A stretch of DNA of 64,000 bases from Podarcis pityusensis (lineage: Eukaryota): NCBI GenBank assembly GCA_964106645.2, contig OZ067046.1. The stretch is one strand, 5' to 3'. Positions 49,230 through 61,672 of this stretch are shown piece by piece (position 1 is the first letter of the stretch; every line of letters begins with the position of its first letter). Made by a program: the position numbers and the translations under genes. Below the pieces are notes generated by a model. That model worked only from the letters and a program-made list of their open reading frames with translations, did not search any database and was not told the DNA's origin.

Positions 49230-50383
49230 CTGAGGAAAACTGTTGGAGAGAATGGCATTTGCTATTGACCTTCATATCTCTAAATTGACTACAGCAAATA
49301 TAGGGAAGGAAACAGTGCAATCATCAACTTGTACGCAAAGGGGTACTCGACATAGGAAAACTGAAGAAAATGGAACACTGCCTTACTGTCCACCTGTGTT
49401 GCAGACCATTTTTTATGGTGACATACAACTTCTTCAATGCGCCTTAAAACTGTAAATGGTATCTATGTGATTTGTAAGTTATTTAAGACTTCCTCAGCCA
49501 AAAATGTGACTCTCTCCAAGGCATGTAAAGGGATGTGTGTGTGTGTTGCTAGCACATTTTATTGTCTTTAGTATATTGTGCAGCTGGTGGTTTCTGCCCC
49601 ATGGAGATTTTTAGTGCACATTGAGAAAGGCAGGTCCCTTAGGACGCTGGCAGAAACTTGGCTACTTTGGTTTCCTGTTGACTCCTTTGAAGCTTTTCTG
49701 GGTGTGTCTTATGCCCTAGGAATCTAGATGAAACTACCAATGCAATACATGTTGACTTCATGAGCTCCAGAGATGGTTGGGCCATTGCAACATCATGCTG
49801 TAGCATGCATGTGGATGGAATTCCAGTGCTGGGGCTAACTGTCATGCTCATTCATTGTTGGCCACTAGATTGCCAGAGCAGGCTTAACCTTGGACACTTT
49901 TAACTTGATTATCTTTGTGCAAAGTTGGCTTCTGCTTCACACTATTCTCACATTCTGATCTCCAGTATACAAAAAAGCCAGAAACTGGGATGTGGTTTAA
50001 CATGGGACATTCTTTCATTAGGCATGAAGTGGGGAAAGATATATCAGTTACCATGTATCTGCACCAGTATTTCATTGGGTGGGGGGAATGAAATTGAGAT
50101 GCCTTGTAATAATCCATGCTTGAGGGTTTTTCCACATAGCAAGTCATAAATTCCTGTTTAAATATATGTAAACAAGCACAATGAAGTTTGCACTAAAGAT
50201 TGTGTAACTGTAATGCACTACTCAGTTGTATAATTTCATACATATGTACCCTAATTGCACAGCCAAGCCAATACTCATAGAGTATTAAGTCACTTGTTAC
50301 ATTGGAGTTCGAATGTTTGCTTAGTGTTGGCTATTTCTATATTTTATAAACCAAAATTTCCAAAAACCAATGAAGGAAACCAA

Positions 50384-50389
50384 AATAAA
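50384..50389 (+). terminator. ACSL1: ACSL1 polyadenylation signal AATAAA (3' UTR ~1.17 kb)
   Basis: Canonical AATAAA at the end of an AT-rich UTR-like stretch; a second AATAAA lies at 50669-50674. Confidence 0.7.
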
Positions 50390-53296
50390 TATTTCTGCAT
50401 TTAATTTGAGTAAACCTTTTTAAGAAATTGCATCAAATGCTCATAACAATGGGAACCACTGTCTGAAAAGTGTGGCATGGTAAAATGTAGTTTAAAAGAA
50501 ACTGAGTATTACTAATTTATTTATGGGGTGGTGGGGTGTTACTTGAAGTACTTAATCATGTTCCAAATGAAGCCAAAGAAAAAGAAATTGTAGGATCCTT
50601 AAAGTTGCTCTGCTGGATTTTCAACTCTTGCTTTCTCTCGCAGGAGTTCTCTGCAATTATGGTGAAACAATAAACACACAACTCTGTGTACATCTATTGC
50701 AGAGAACTCTTTGCAAATTCAGAGTGCTCAGCCTGTTAATAATCATGGGCTATAGCTTACTACATGAACAAGAGGAAACCAGTAGCTCATAAGAGGAGCT
50801 TGTGGTACAGTTAACATCTGCAGTGGTCTGAAAAAAGCTTGTTAAGAACTTAAGAAGAGCGCTGCTGGATCAGACCAAAGGCTCATCTAATCCAGCGTCC
50901 TGTTTTCAGTAACCACCCAGATGCACTCAGGTCCTGCTTTCAGTTTCCCATAGGCAACCATGCATTTGAGCTTCCCAGCAACTGCCTTATTCAAAAGACT
51001 GCTCCTACAAAAATAACCTGAGGTCATACAATGGCTTTCTCCTTCCCCATCGCTGCTCCATTACCAAAACCCTTTGACTAGCGTGGGGTGTTTGTTTGTT
51101 TGTAGCTCTTATATCTGCACAAAGTTTGGCTCCACAATTTAAAGCAGGGATGGGGAATTTATGCCCCTCCATATATTGGACTAAAACTCCCATTACCTGG
51201 CCATTCCGATGGGACCTGGAAGTCCAGCAACAGTTGTGAAGCCACCAGCTCCCCACCCCTGATTTAAAGAAATAAGTTCCCTACTTCACTCAGGCTGCAG
51301 CTTTATATCCCTATTGGACATGGATTTAGAAAACGCAGGATGTATCCTCGACTCTTTCCCTATTTGAATCAAAACTGTTAACTCTGGTGTCTTGTTTTGT
51401 AAGTTTTTAATGTATGTACTCTGTATTTGGAAGCTGTAAATTGCTCTGTAATATTCTGATACCTTAACAGTCTTTTGATACTCGCTTGCTTTGAGGAAGC
51501 ACCATCTATATTATACTCCTGCTTACTGTAAATTATGTAAAATTTACAAACATTTCTGCTTCTTGTTTGACCAAAAGCACTTAGAAGAACATGGCCTTTA
51601 TTACAATATTGGGTGTGTGTGGAACTGAAAATTAGATAACCTTTAAAAGCATACTCCTGATTCTTTCTAGTTCAAACGGTGGAATGGATGTCTTCTCTAA
51701 CAAAATGTTTGTCTGATTAACTTGAAAAACAGTGACATGAGGTGCTAAGAAGTACCAGGATCCTCCCTTTCCCCATTAAAGTGAAAAGAATAGAGCAGTA
51801 CTCTGCTAATCTAAGATTAGTTGTGCTGCTTATGCCTTATCTTCACGCTTCAGGAACACATCTGTTGGCTCTTGGTCTACCCTACAGAGTACACCAAGTT
51901 CTACCTCACCCCACCCCTCTGTAATTACTTCTGCAATTCAGCCACCATAAGTAAGTGTCTACTGCTGCCCTTTCACCTAGTTTGGCAAGAGACAGAAATA
52001 TGCAATCTCGCTTTATCTTGACATCTCAGATGCTTGCAGACACATGCCCACAGCATGCAGTAAAACTTTAGCAAAAGAGCTTGTTGTAGTTTAGAGTGTG
52101 TTGTAGTTGCTTTCAGATAAGCAGCCTGGCAACTCTGTAGGTGGTGGTAGTATTGTTAGCAAATACTCTGCACTGAATTTGGGGCACCTGGCAGATGAAC
52201 TTGCTTTCAGAAACCTCTCATGGAGAGTGCAGCAAGCAGTTGAACCCACTGAGGAGGGCATCTTGTCAAAAGACCCTCCAAAATTGGGAGATGCCCTTCT
52301 TGTGATGATGCCCACAAGAGAGAAGGCAAGCCATTTCCCTCAAAACATCTAAGGGGGCCCTGAGGACAATTCTTTAAAATTAATCTAACCATGACATGGG
52401 TTCCCTATGTTTCTAAATCTTGAGGGATAGCAAAAGAAGCAGAATGCAGAAAGAATTAGGAATCCTACTTACCCTTTAGATGAAGAAACTTTCTTGCTTT
52501 CTCAAAACATAATTGCTTTCTCAAAAACGACCACCACAAAACAAACTAACTACCACCTTTGCTCACCTCAACTATCCTCAAATAGTTGCTTCTCCCAAAG
52601 TCCTCAGCCAAGTCACTCAGCAGGGGGACGTGTCACAACCGAGGACATGACACCATTACTTTAGCTACCTTGCTTAACTATGGGCATGGCTCTCCTTAAT
52701 ATTCTTTTTTAAAAAAAATACATCTTTTAGTGAGTGAAGTGGTTTTATTTAATTTATTTTTAAAAGTTCTAGACCCCTTTTCATGCAGCACAGTGATTTT
52801 CTGGAAAAGACAGGAAACACCACACACATACACTTTTCAGCATGGTGGGGTCACCAAGGGAAACACTTCTGGCCTAGACTACGGCCGCTGTTTCTCACTT
52901 AATAGTTAAAAATAACCCCTCAACACCCTGTAGTAATCTGTCCAGTATTATGATGGACAGGAGCAAGACTTCACTCTTAGACCTCCTCATCCGTCTGTTT
53001 CTTTCAGTTTCTGCCCAGTGTCTTCCACCAAGAAACAAACACCTTCCAATTCCCCTCCTGTCTGCATGGATGAAGTAAGACAAATCAATCACCTTTACAA
53101 AAGATGCACAGGCTGTCCTTTAGCTTCATAGCTCCTCCTCATTTCTCACTACACACAGGTAGGTAGGTGTTGGTCTGCCGTAGTTGAAACAAAATTAAAA
53201 AATTCCTTCCAGTAGCACCTTAGAGACCAACTAAGATGGTAGTACTGAACTGTATTCTTCCATTCATAGAAAGTTCTTTGATCTGACAAAGAATTA

Positions 53297-53555
53297 CCGT
53301 ATTTTTTGCTCTATAAGACTCACTTTTTCCCTCCTAAAAAGTAAGGGGAAATGTGTGTGCGTCTTATGGAGCGAATGCAAGCTGCGCAGCTATCCCAGAA
53401 GCCAGAACAGCAAGAGGGATTGCTGCTTTCACTGCGCAGCGATCCCTCTTGCTGTTCTGGCTTCTGAGATTCAGAATATTTTTTTTCTTGTTTTCCTCCT
53501 CCAAAAACTAGGTGCGTCTTGTGGTCTGGTGCGTCTTATAGAGCGAAAAATACGG
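53297..53555. mobile_element. Tc1/mariner-type MITE
   Basis: TA-CCGTATTTTTTGCTCTATAAGAC ... GTCTTATAGAGCGAAAAATACGG-TA. Confidence 0.85.
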
Positions 53556-54849
53556 TACCTTGAGTCATATCTGTGTCCTTCCATTAGAGGAAGAGTCTCT
53601 GAGCCAGTGAAGGCTTCCATGAATAAAAAAGGGAGACAATTTTTGCAAATTCACCTCTTTTACAATCTCCTGTTGTTCTGGGGCCCCCAATCTTTCTGCA
53701 ACAGATTTAGGAGGCTGTAAAGCAGGTGTGGGGGAATCCTTAGCCTTCCAATTGTTGCTGAACTACATCTCCCATAAGCCCCAGCAAGCTTGGCCAATGG
53801 CCAGGGATGATAGTTGTTGTTCAACAGCATCTGGATGGCCAAAGGTTCCCCATGCCTGCTAGACAGGGAAGGAAAAGTCAGCAAAAAATACCTTACTCCC
53901 TTTCCATTAACAGAAGCCTTTGTCAGTACTGTACAGTATTGTGCCGAGGCACTTCTTGCAAGATTGTACAACGAACCCTCAGGTGTCCATTGATATTGTT
54001 GCCAAGTACTTTGCGGATAAAATCACTTGTGTCTCACTTGGAAGTCCAAGCTGACTGCACTGCAAATGTTGGGCATCTCCTTAATGTCATTTGGTCCTTT
54101 TTATTTGGATGGCTTTCTATTGAGACAGCCTGACGTTATGGGCAGGTTGATCCAAGACATGTGGCCTATCACCTGTATACTTGATCCTTGCCCATGATGA
54201 CAATTAACAGCTACCATTGGAAGAGTGTGTGCCTCCTTGGAGCTCCAGGATGGTTTGTCGCACTATTGACTTGTGCTGTATCTTATTTGTCCCTAGAGTC
54301 AAGGCTGTGGCTGGTAAGATCCAGAAACTTAAGGGGCAGCCATTTGTATCAATTTCAATGTGGTTTCAAGCCCAGGTTTGGAATTGAAACTGTCTTATTC
54401 TTGGTTGCCACGAAGCTCTTGGGGGGGGGGGACGTATCCCTGTTGCTTCTTGCTACATCTTTCAGTGGCCTTCAGAGATTGACCACAGTATCATTCAGGA
54501 TCACCTGTCTAGGATGAACGTGGAATGCACCATGCTTCAGTGGCTCTGCTGATGGGCAGACCTTAGATGACGAACTTTGTATTGCTTTGCCTCACAGGTT
54601 TTCTGCTCTAGAGTTCTATTTTATCCCTGTGCTATCTATCTAACAGCCCCATTAAGCCAATGGGTAAAAGAAGCAACATACAGATGACGACAAGCTCTGA
54701 GGTGGGACATTGAAATCCAACATTGAGTTGGAATCAATGTTATTGATGGAGCAGAGAACATGTTTATTTGAAACTGTTTGTAATGCATTCCCATGACTTT
54801 CTTAAAAAATAAAAATAAAACCCTCTCCTCCTTTACATCTGGCGGTTCC

Positions 54850-55098
54850 CTCATTGTGCGAAATGAGGTTACAGGGAACCAGACAGAGAGCCTTCTCAGT
54901 AGTGGCGCCCACCCTGTGGAACACCCTCCCTTCAGAAGTGAAGGAACTAAGCAGCTATCCTATCTTTAAAAGTCATCTGAAGGCAGCCCTGTTTAGGGAA
55001 GTTTTTAATATTTAATGCTGTGTTGTTTTTAACACTCGATTGGGAGCCGCCCAGAGTGGCTGGGGAAACTCAGCCAGATGGGCGGGGTATAGATAATA

Positions 55099-55143
<45 letters not shown>
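54850..55143 (+). mobile_element. L2-like LINE 3' end followed by a (TTA)n microsatellite
   Basis: RAFSVVAPTLWNTLPSEVKE...FKSHLKAALF; TTA repeat 55101-55143. Confidence 0.82.
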
Positions 55144-55144
<1 letters not shown>

Positions 55145-55408
55145 CATTAACTGAAGATCAAAGAGCCATCTATGAATGGATGGATGCCAAGAAGCCCTAG
55201 CTGCACTACTCCTAACCAGCCACTCCGTTCTGTCTTCTGGGTGTAAGGTTTCGCACAGACGTTGTTGGCCCACAACTCCCTAGTCAACTGCCAGCGGTAA
55301 CTGGGGTTGTAGCGCAGCAACATCTGGCAACTAAAGGTTGAAGAACGCCAGTACGGTAATGAACTGTGCAGTATTGAGGAAAAATAAGGGTTACATACTC
55401 CCTTCCAA

Positions 55409-55423
55409 CCACTAGATGGCGCT
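55409..55423 (+). promoter_or_regulatory. CTCF core motif
   Basis: CCACTAGATGGCGCT matches the CTCF core consensus; lies between the ACSL1 3' end and the CENPU promoter. Confidence 0.7.
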
Positions 55424-55429
55424 GCTCCT

Positions 55430-56100
55430 CTGTTCTCACAGCTAACGCCGCTCGTCTCCTAAAGCTCTTAGCATACTCTTTCGCCTCTTAGCTCAGAGCC
55501 GACGGACCAAACCAACTGCCGAGATAGAAACAGGGGCGCCCTCAAAAGCCTTGTTCCTTGTACGCTGAGGGAAGTCCTAACAGTTGCGTCTCCCCCCATT
55601 TCCGGGTGCTCGGTGGGACAGTTCCGGCGCGGCCATTTGAGTTACAACGGCGGGAAAGAAACAGCCGAAGGGAGCTCGCGGTCAGTTCGCTTCTCTCGCG
55701 GAAGCTGTCGGGCCTGGCGACTGAGGGGGGCGCGCGCCACAGCCGAATAGTTCAGCTCAAGGGGGCACTTTGGGCGGGGGGGGGGCGCTAGGTGCAGAGG
55801 CCCAGGGGCCCTAGTCAGGGAGGGGGGAGCCGTGGGCTCGAGAGGAGTTATGAGGGGGCGTGGCCAGAAGGAGTGGGGCTTATCGGACGTTAAGGTAGAG
55901 CGCAACAGAGGAAGGGCGTGGCCCCAGGCTGCGTGCCGGGGGCGGGGCATGGGAGCCGTTGTTAAGCGCGCGCGGGTTGTCAACGGTGCCAACGGACGCG
56001 CCGCGTGAACGTTGAGGCAAAGAAAAGAGTTCTGAGGGGCGGCTGCTCTTCCGGTTTGAATTCGCTGTAGCTCAGCGAGGGAGCTCTTGGGAGCGGCTCT
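55430..56100 (+). promoter_or_regulatory. CENPU: CpG island / CENPU cell-cycle promoter
   Basis: CpG-rich; E2F site GGCGGGAAA 55649-55657; MYB sites CAACGG at 55645, 55981 and 55990 and CCGTTG at 55956; GC boxes; ETS CTTCCGG 56048-56054 next to CHR TTTGAA 56055-56060. Confidence 0.8.
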
Positions 56101-56130
56101 GGCATTTTATTTTATTTTAGCCAGAAGCTA

Positions 56131-57735
56131 ATCATAGAAATTTTGGAAGGAACCCCGAAGGTCCTCTAGTCCAACCCCCTGCAATGCAGGAATCTGAACT
56201 AAAGCATCCATGACAGGTGGCTGACCAACCTCTGTTTAGAAACCTCCAAGGAAGGAGAGTCCACCATCTCGGGTGGGAGCCCACTGCTGAACAGCTCTTA
56301 CTGTCAGAAAGTCTTTCCCAATGTTTAGTCGAAATCTTTCTTGCAACTTGAAGCCATGGGTTCGAGTCCTACCCTCCAGAGCAGGAGAAAATAAGCATTC
56401 TCCCTCCTCCACGTGACAGCCCTTAAGATATTTAAAGATGGCTGTCATGTCTCCTCTCAGTCGCCTCTTTTCCAGACTAAACATATATTTCAAGCACTCC
56501 TCATAAGGCTTAGTTTCCAGACCTTTGATCATCTTGGTTGCCCTCCTCTGCACACCTTCCAGCTTGTCAACATCCTTATTAATTTGTGGTGTCCAAAATT
56601 GGACACAGTATTCCAAGTGCGGTCTAAGGCAGAATAGACCGGTACTATTACTTCCCTTGATCTGGACACTATACTTCTGTTGACGCAGCCTAGAACAGCA
56701 TTGGCTTTTTTTGTTGCTGCATCACACTGTTAACTTATGTTAAGCTTGTGGACCCCTAGATCCTTTACACTTGTACTGCTAGTAAGCCAGGTGTGCCCCA
56801 TCCTATATTTGTGCATGTGGTTCTTCCTGTCTTAAGTGCAGAACCTTATATTTGTCCCTATTGAAATTCATTTTGTTAGCTTGCGCCCAGTTCTCCAATC
56901 TGTTAAGCTCATTTTGAATTCTGATTCTGTCTTCTGTGGCATTAGCTACTCCTGCCGGTAGGGGTGCCATCTGCAAATTGGATGAGCATCCTCTCAATTC
57001 TTTTATCCAAGTCATTTATGTAGACGTTAACAATGGGACCAGGACAGAACCCTGCAGCACCCCACTTTTCACTTTTTTCCAGGATAACGAGGAACCATTA
57101 ATGAGTACTCTTTGGGTTCGGTCAGTCAACCAGCTACAAATCCACCTAACAGTTACCTCGTTCAACCCAAATTTTACCAGCTTCCTCGCAAGAATATAAT
57201 AGGGAACTTTGTCAAAAGCCTTATTGAAATAAAGATACACTATGTCCACAGCATTTCCCTGATCCACCAAGTCTGTAATTCCATCAAAAAAAAAGAAGAA
57301 GAAAGAAATCAGGTTGGTCTGGCATGACTTATTTTTAAGAAACCCATGCTGGTTCTTAATTATCACAGAATCCTTTTCTAAATGCTCACAGACCGACTGT
57401 TGAATTAACTGTTCTAGGGTCTTCTCTGGGGTCTTCTCTGGTATCATTGTCAAGCTTGCTGGTTGGTAGTTACCTGGACCTTCCTTTCCCCCTTTTTGAA
57501 GATGGGGACATTTGCCCTCCTCCAGTCTGTAAGGACTGCACCTGTTCTCCAAGAATTCTCAAAAATAATAGACAAAGGCTCTGAAATTACATCCGCAAGC
57601 TCCTTTAGTACCCTTTGGATGCAGCTCATCAGGCCCTGGAGATTTGAATTCATTTAAAGTAGCTAGGTGTTCCCTTACTACTTTTCCTATCGTGGGCTGC
57701 AGCTCCCTCCTTACATCATTTGTAGTGCCAATCTT
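56131..57735 (-). mobile_element. CR1 LINE, 5'-truncated and frameshifted, just 3' of the CENPU CpG island
   Basis: RT peptides KSPGPDELHP, NQHGFLKNKSCQTNLISFF, YFNKAFDKVP, EYCVQFWTP...LEGVQRRATKMI; terminal ATCATAGAA is the reverse of the CR1 TTCTATGAT tail. Confidence 0.93.
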
Positions 57736-58123
57736 TGCTGGCTCAAGAGTTGAAGATAACCCGCTTTTAGTCTTAGCAGCCAAAAAAGAGAGAGAAAACA
57801 CCTCTAGCTTTCTCGCCAGGTTGACTAGCTTGGGGGGCGGCCGGTTACTTTACATGCTTTTACATCCCTGTAAGAGGCAGATAGCATTCCTGTATCTCTG
57901 TCGTCCACAAGGTGGAAGTAGGGAGGAATAGTGGGAAACAAACCAGACGCGATTTTGGTAGCCACACTTGTTCGTGGATTTACTCATCTTCATAAAAAGT
58001 GGAAAGTGTATGTCTTATTGTTCCACCTGAATGTGATTGTGAAGTGTGTGTGTGTTTTTTTCCTCTTTTCAGAAGAAATAAATTCATCTTAAATTAGCAG
58101 TACAGACAAGACAAGAGCAAAAT

Positions 58124-58140
58124 ATGGAAAACGGTGTTCG
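58124..58140 (+). CDS. CENPU: CENPU putative first coding exon (exon starts 58073; MENGV-R)
   Basis: Strong acceptor tttttcctcttttcag ends 58072; in-frame TAA 58079 before ATG in AATATGG context; donor CG|GTTAGT; phase 2 fits the next exon. The true start could instead be the ATG at 58966. Confidence 0.55.
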
Positions 58141-58958
58141 GTTAGTAACTATGAAAAAAAGTATTTATAAGTTCATTTCCACTTTTCTCAACAAAATTTA
58201 CATCAGTCTTGTCCTTGGCATTTTTTTAATAGATTAATTTGTCCTAAGCAAGTGTAAATCACAACATCTGTGCTGGTAAAAGAGTGTATAGATTACAAGG
58301 GAGTGTTAGTCAGCTATAAGAATATGAAGGTGTGCATATAACTGAAGAACTTGCTTCTAGAAGTTGCTAGAATTTTGACCTATTATATGGAAATTACATT
58401 TTTTGCAAGATCATACTGGCTTCTTAATTGAAAGGAGTAATACAATAAATATCATCTGCCTGAGTCTGTATGTCTACTGTTGAGGTAGGTGCTTTTCAAA
58501 AAAATACTATTTTACAATAAGCAGCAATGACAGATCTGCTGTTAAATTTCTCTCAGCAGACATAGCATCTAAGCCCCTCTGTGCCTTCCAGTTCTCATCT
58601 CCCACCATATCTTTTAACTTTCACAATGGCATTCCACAAAATAATAATTTCATTAATATGCAATACACATATGGACAGAACAGTGATGGAATGTGTTTGT
58701 ATAAGGAACAGCAAAATAAATATACTGACTGATTGAACTCCAGAGATGTTCTGCAAGCACCTGAAATACTCAAGCTGTATAGGACTGAGCTTGTTCTGTA
58801 CTTGAATGGGAGACTACATAGGACTGTGTCATTCTGTTTTAGGAAACTCAGATACAAGTGCAATGAAGAGTTGATAAAGGTCCTGCTGAAAAAAAATCAT
58901 AAATGTAAAATATAATATACCCCTTTATGGTAATGTTTCTTTCCCCCTATTTTGTTAG

Positions 58959-59010
58959 TAAAAAGATGCCAAAGAGAAAATCAAGGAGGGACTTCAGAAA
59001 GAAACTGGGA
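58959..59010 (+). CDS. CENPU: CENPU coding exon (KKMPKRKSRRDFRKKLG; basic, NLS-like)
   Basis: ttgttag| ... |gtaagt; 52 nt; phase consistent with neighbours. Confidence 0.72.
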
Positions 59011-59937
59011 GTAAGTGGCACATATCTTTTTCATTCAAACACAAATGAGACGTTTTCCACCTCTGTTTAGTTTTATTTGATTCACAGCCTTGAGATAATC
59101 CATACTGGAGTTTTATGGGGAATTTTGAACTTAAAACTTTTTTTTAAAATGCCTTTCGCTCTTCCAACTATAGAGGTGACACATGATATCCCAAGTGCTT
59201 AAAGAGCATGATGCAATACAGAATCATCCTCCGTTAGGGGCACTATAAGTATACAGAATATGTAAAATACGTGTGTACATAGAATGGGATAATGAATGGC
59301 TGACATTCAGAGGCATGGCATGACACAAAATTGGTACAGTCACTGCTGCTCTCCTCCCCTTACCCAGAAAATCTGCTGCTTGCCACTTTTGGATTGGAGA
59401 TAACACAGTATTGATTCCTCAAATGCACACAATGGTGCTGTTGCTGTCAAATCATAGAGAATTCCACAGTACCAGAAAAAAATATACAAAATGGTTACAT
59501 CCTGCTCACTGACACACACTATACAAATACAGGCCACAAACACACACACATCTCTCACACATACACACTCATACAGCTTGGCTGTGAGTCTTGGAAGACT
59601 TGTTCCCTGCCTTGCAGGCCTTTTCCCACCTGGCCTGGGAGGGGAGGGCCCTGACTGACTCCAGCTATGAAAGCTGAGGCTGCTGAAAAGACTCTTGGGC
59701 TGGACTATTGTTTAGGAAGTTTTGTTTGGCTGGGTGTTTCTGTTATTAATTAAAAAAAGGATCTTTATTTTAGATCTTAAGATATATGTGGAAATTGTTC
59801 AATTTGGTTGTGTACTTTTTGGCGTCTAATTTACTGTTAATGGCTAATTTTGGCTTTGTAATTATGTATTTTTTTCACGTTGTAAGCTGCCTTGAGCATG
59901 GTTTTAACTTTGGAAAGCCAGCATGCAAGTAAAATGC

Positions 59938-59943
59938 TGTATG

Positions 59944-59976
<33 letters not shown>

Positions 59977-60005
59977 CATACACTACATATACACAGCTAC
60001 ACAAA

Positions 60006-60053
<48 letters not shown>
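59938..60053. repeat. Compound microsatellite (ATGT)n + (CT)n in a CENPU intron
   Basis: Read directly. Confidence 0.9.
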
Positions 60054-60058
<5 letters not shown>

Positions 60059-60980
60059 CAGACCACATATACAAGCAGACCACTCACATACTAGCATACC
60101 TTCCCTCACACACATTGCATACATTTCACCCTCTCTGACAGATCATACATACATACCTTGCCTGCCCGCCTCTCCCTCTTCCCCCATCACACCACTATTC
60201 CTCTTTCTATGTCCAACTGTTTCTCTATCAATCACACAAACAGTATGCACAGATCCGGAAAATCCACTCCACAGATGAAATAAGTGTCTGTCATTCACAC
60301 ACACATAAACCCCTATCTATCTCACCCTACCCCAATGTCGGAGCCAGCCGTTACAAGTGGCGCAGTTTAGCATAAAATAAAGACACAGAGAGCCAGCAAT
60401 ATTTTCAGGATGGTATGAGCAGCTCCTTTCGAACTTCTCTCTCCTCCCGTAGCTTTTTTATTATCCTTTGTCTCTCCCCAGCCGCATGGCCGTTTGCCAA
60501 TGTCTCACGTTACCTCATCCGGTCAAGGCTTTTATTGCCCCCATCACCATATAGGGTCATCACTGCCCAGAGGAAACACAACTCCATTTAAGGTCAATAC
60601 ATTCCAATACATTGTAAAGCTCAGAGTGCTGGTCAGCCTAGGTCAGGGGGCACCCTGCAATATTACAAGCCTTTGCCGTGGCTTTATGACTCCCACACCC
60701 CAAAGGCCAATCCCTCCCCCCCCAAAAAAATACATACATAACCCCTGGTTTCTTGTCTTGTTTTGCTTTCTGCGGGTTTTTTATTATAGGAAATAGTATT
60801 TTGATAAAACATTTCTTTCTTGTTGTAATCCAGTATATGAATTTGTTTGAATTCTATTTCTTACGCTGAAAGAAAGAAATCTCAATTTTCAGCTATTTGT
60901 TACAGATTCTGTTTTTTGAGGGTCCTCCCTAGGGATACCATGTCAAGTTGCACTTTCATTTTAAACTGCTTTCTCCTTAG

Positions 60981-61050
60981 GAACCAGATGTATCAGGTAT
61001 TTTGAAAGTTCTCCAAACTGACCAAGCAGAGGAACCTGATGAATTATTTG
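60981..61050 (+). CDS. CENPU: CENPU coding exon (EPDVSGILKVLQTDQAEEPDELF)
   Basis: ttctccttag| ... |gttagt; 70 nt; resembles the DVSSI...ETF segment that precedes PLHST in CENP-U. Confidence 0.85.
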
Positions 61051-61545
61051 GTTAGTGATCACATTTTGCCTTTTTAAATTGACACTAATAGTTACAGAAC
61101 ACAAAATAGAATCTGCTTCAGCAGTGTAAGTCGTGCCCCAAATCCTGTGAACAGTTTCAGGGCTGAAGCATTAGAGTAGTCCAAAATTACAAGGAATTGA
61201 AGTGAGAAATATAAAAATATGTTCTCCTCACATGTAAACAAGCCCATGAGGAGAAATGAATGTGCTGTCAAGCCCACCTCTTCTGACACATTACTGTTAT
61301 CATGTTACTAGCCCTCCATGAGTTTTGAAGGTGAAGTTCTGAAATAGGAGGACTGTTAATTTAATAAAGTGGTTGTGCTGGAAGGGACAGTTGTCACTGA
61401 TAGTGTGCCCTTGCTCTCCCTCATGTATATGTTTACATTCGAGGTGGACAAATGTCTCAATGGCCAAGACTGACCTGTGTTTTTATTGCTCACTACAAAC
61501 AAGATGGTGCAGTTCATTAATGCTAGATTTGTCTATGTTATCTAG

Positions 61546-61672
61546 GTGAACCTTCACAGGAGCCTTTACATAGCACCGCTGTGTCTGCTTATGAGGAAGA
61601 AGATCAGCATTCAGATGGGTCAACAAGCAGTTCATCAGATTCTGAGCCAAAAAAGAAGGATACTAGAGGAAG
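61546..61672 (+). CDS. CENPU: CENPU coding exon with Plk1 polo-box docking motif (GEPSQEPLHSTAVSAYEEED...DTRG)
   Basis: tctag| ... |gtacta; 127 nt; PLHSTA is the PBIP1/CENP-U signature; synteny with ACSL1. Confidence 0.9.

Larger units (their letters stand above)
8430..50410 (+). other. ACSL1: ACSL1 gene span (long-chain-fatty-acid--CoA ligase 1); 1 putative non-coding exon, 20 coding exons, 1 alternative exon
   Basis: Coding exons bounded by AG/GT splice in phase into a 2097-nt CDS (698 aa). N-terminus MQAHELFRHLRMPELGDVRQYVRTLPTNTLMGFGAFAALTT is ACSL1-type. Motifs [25 protein letters not shown] and IIDRKK are present. CENPU follows in the same orientation, as in mammals. TSS and 3' end are approximate. 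Confidence 0.97.

Noticed and set aside
52107-52352. 81-aa intergenic ORF
   Set aside because: Non-ATG start, no convincing splice context and no recognisable homology.
59837-60278. ORFs with ERER / SLSL runs
   Set aside because: Translations of microsatellites.
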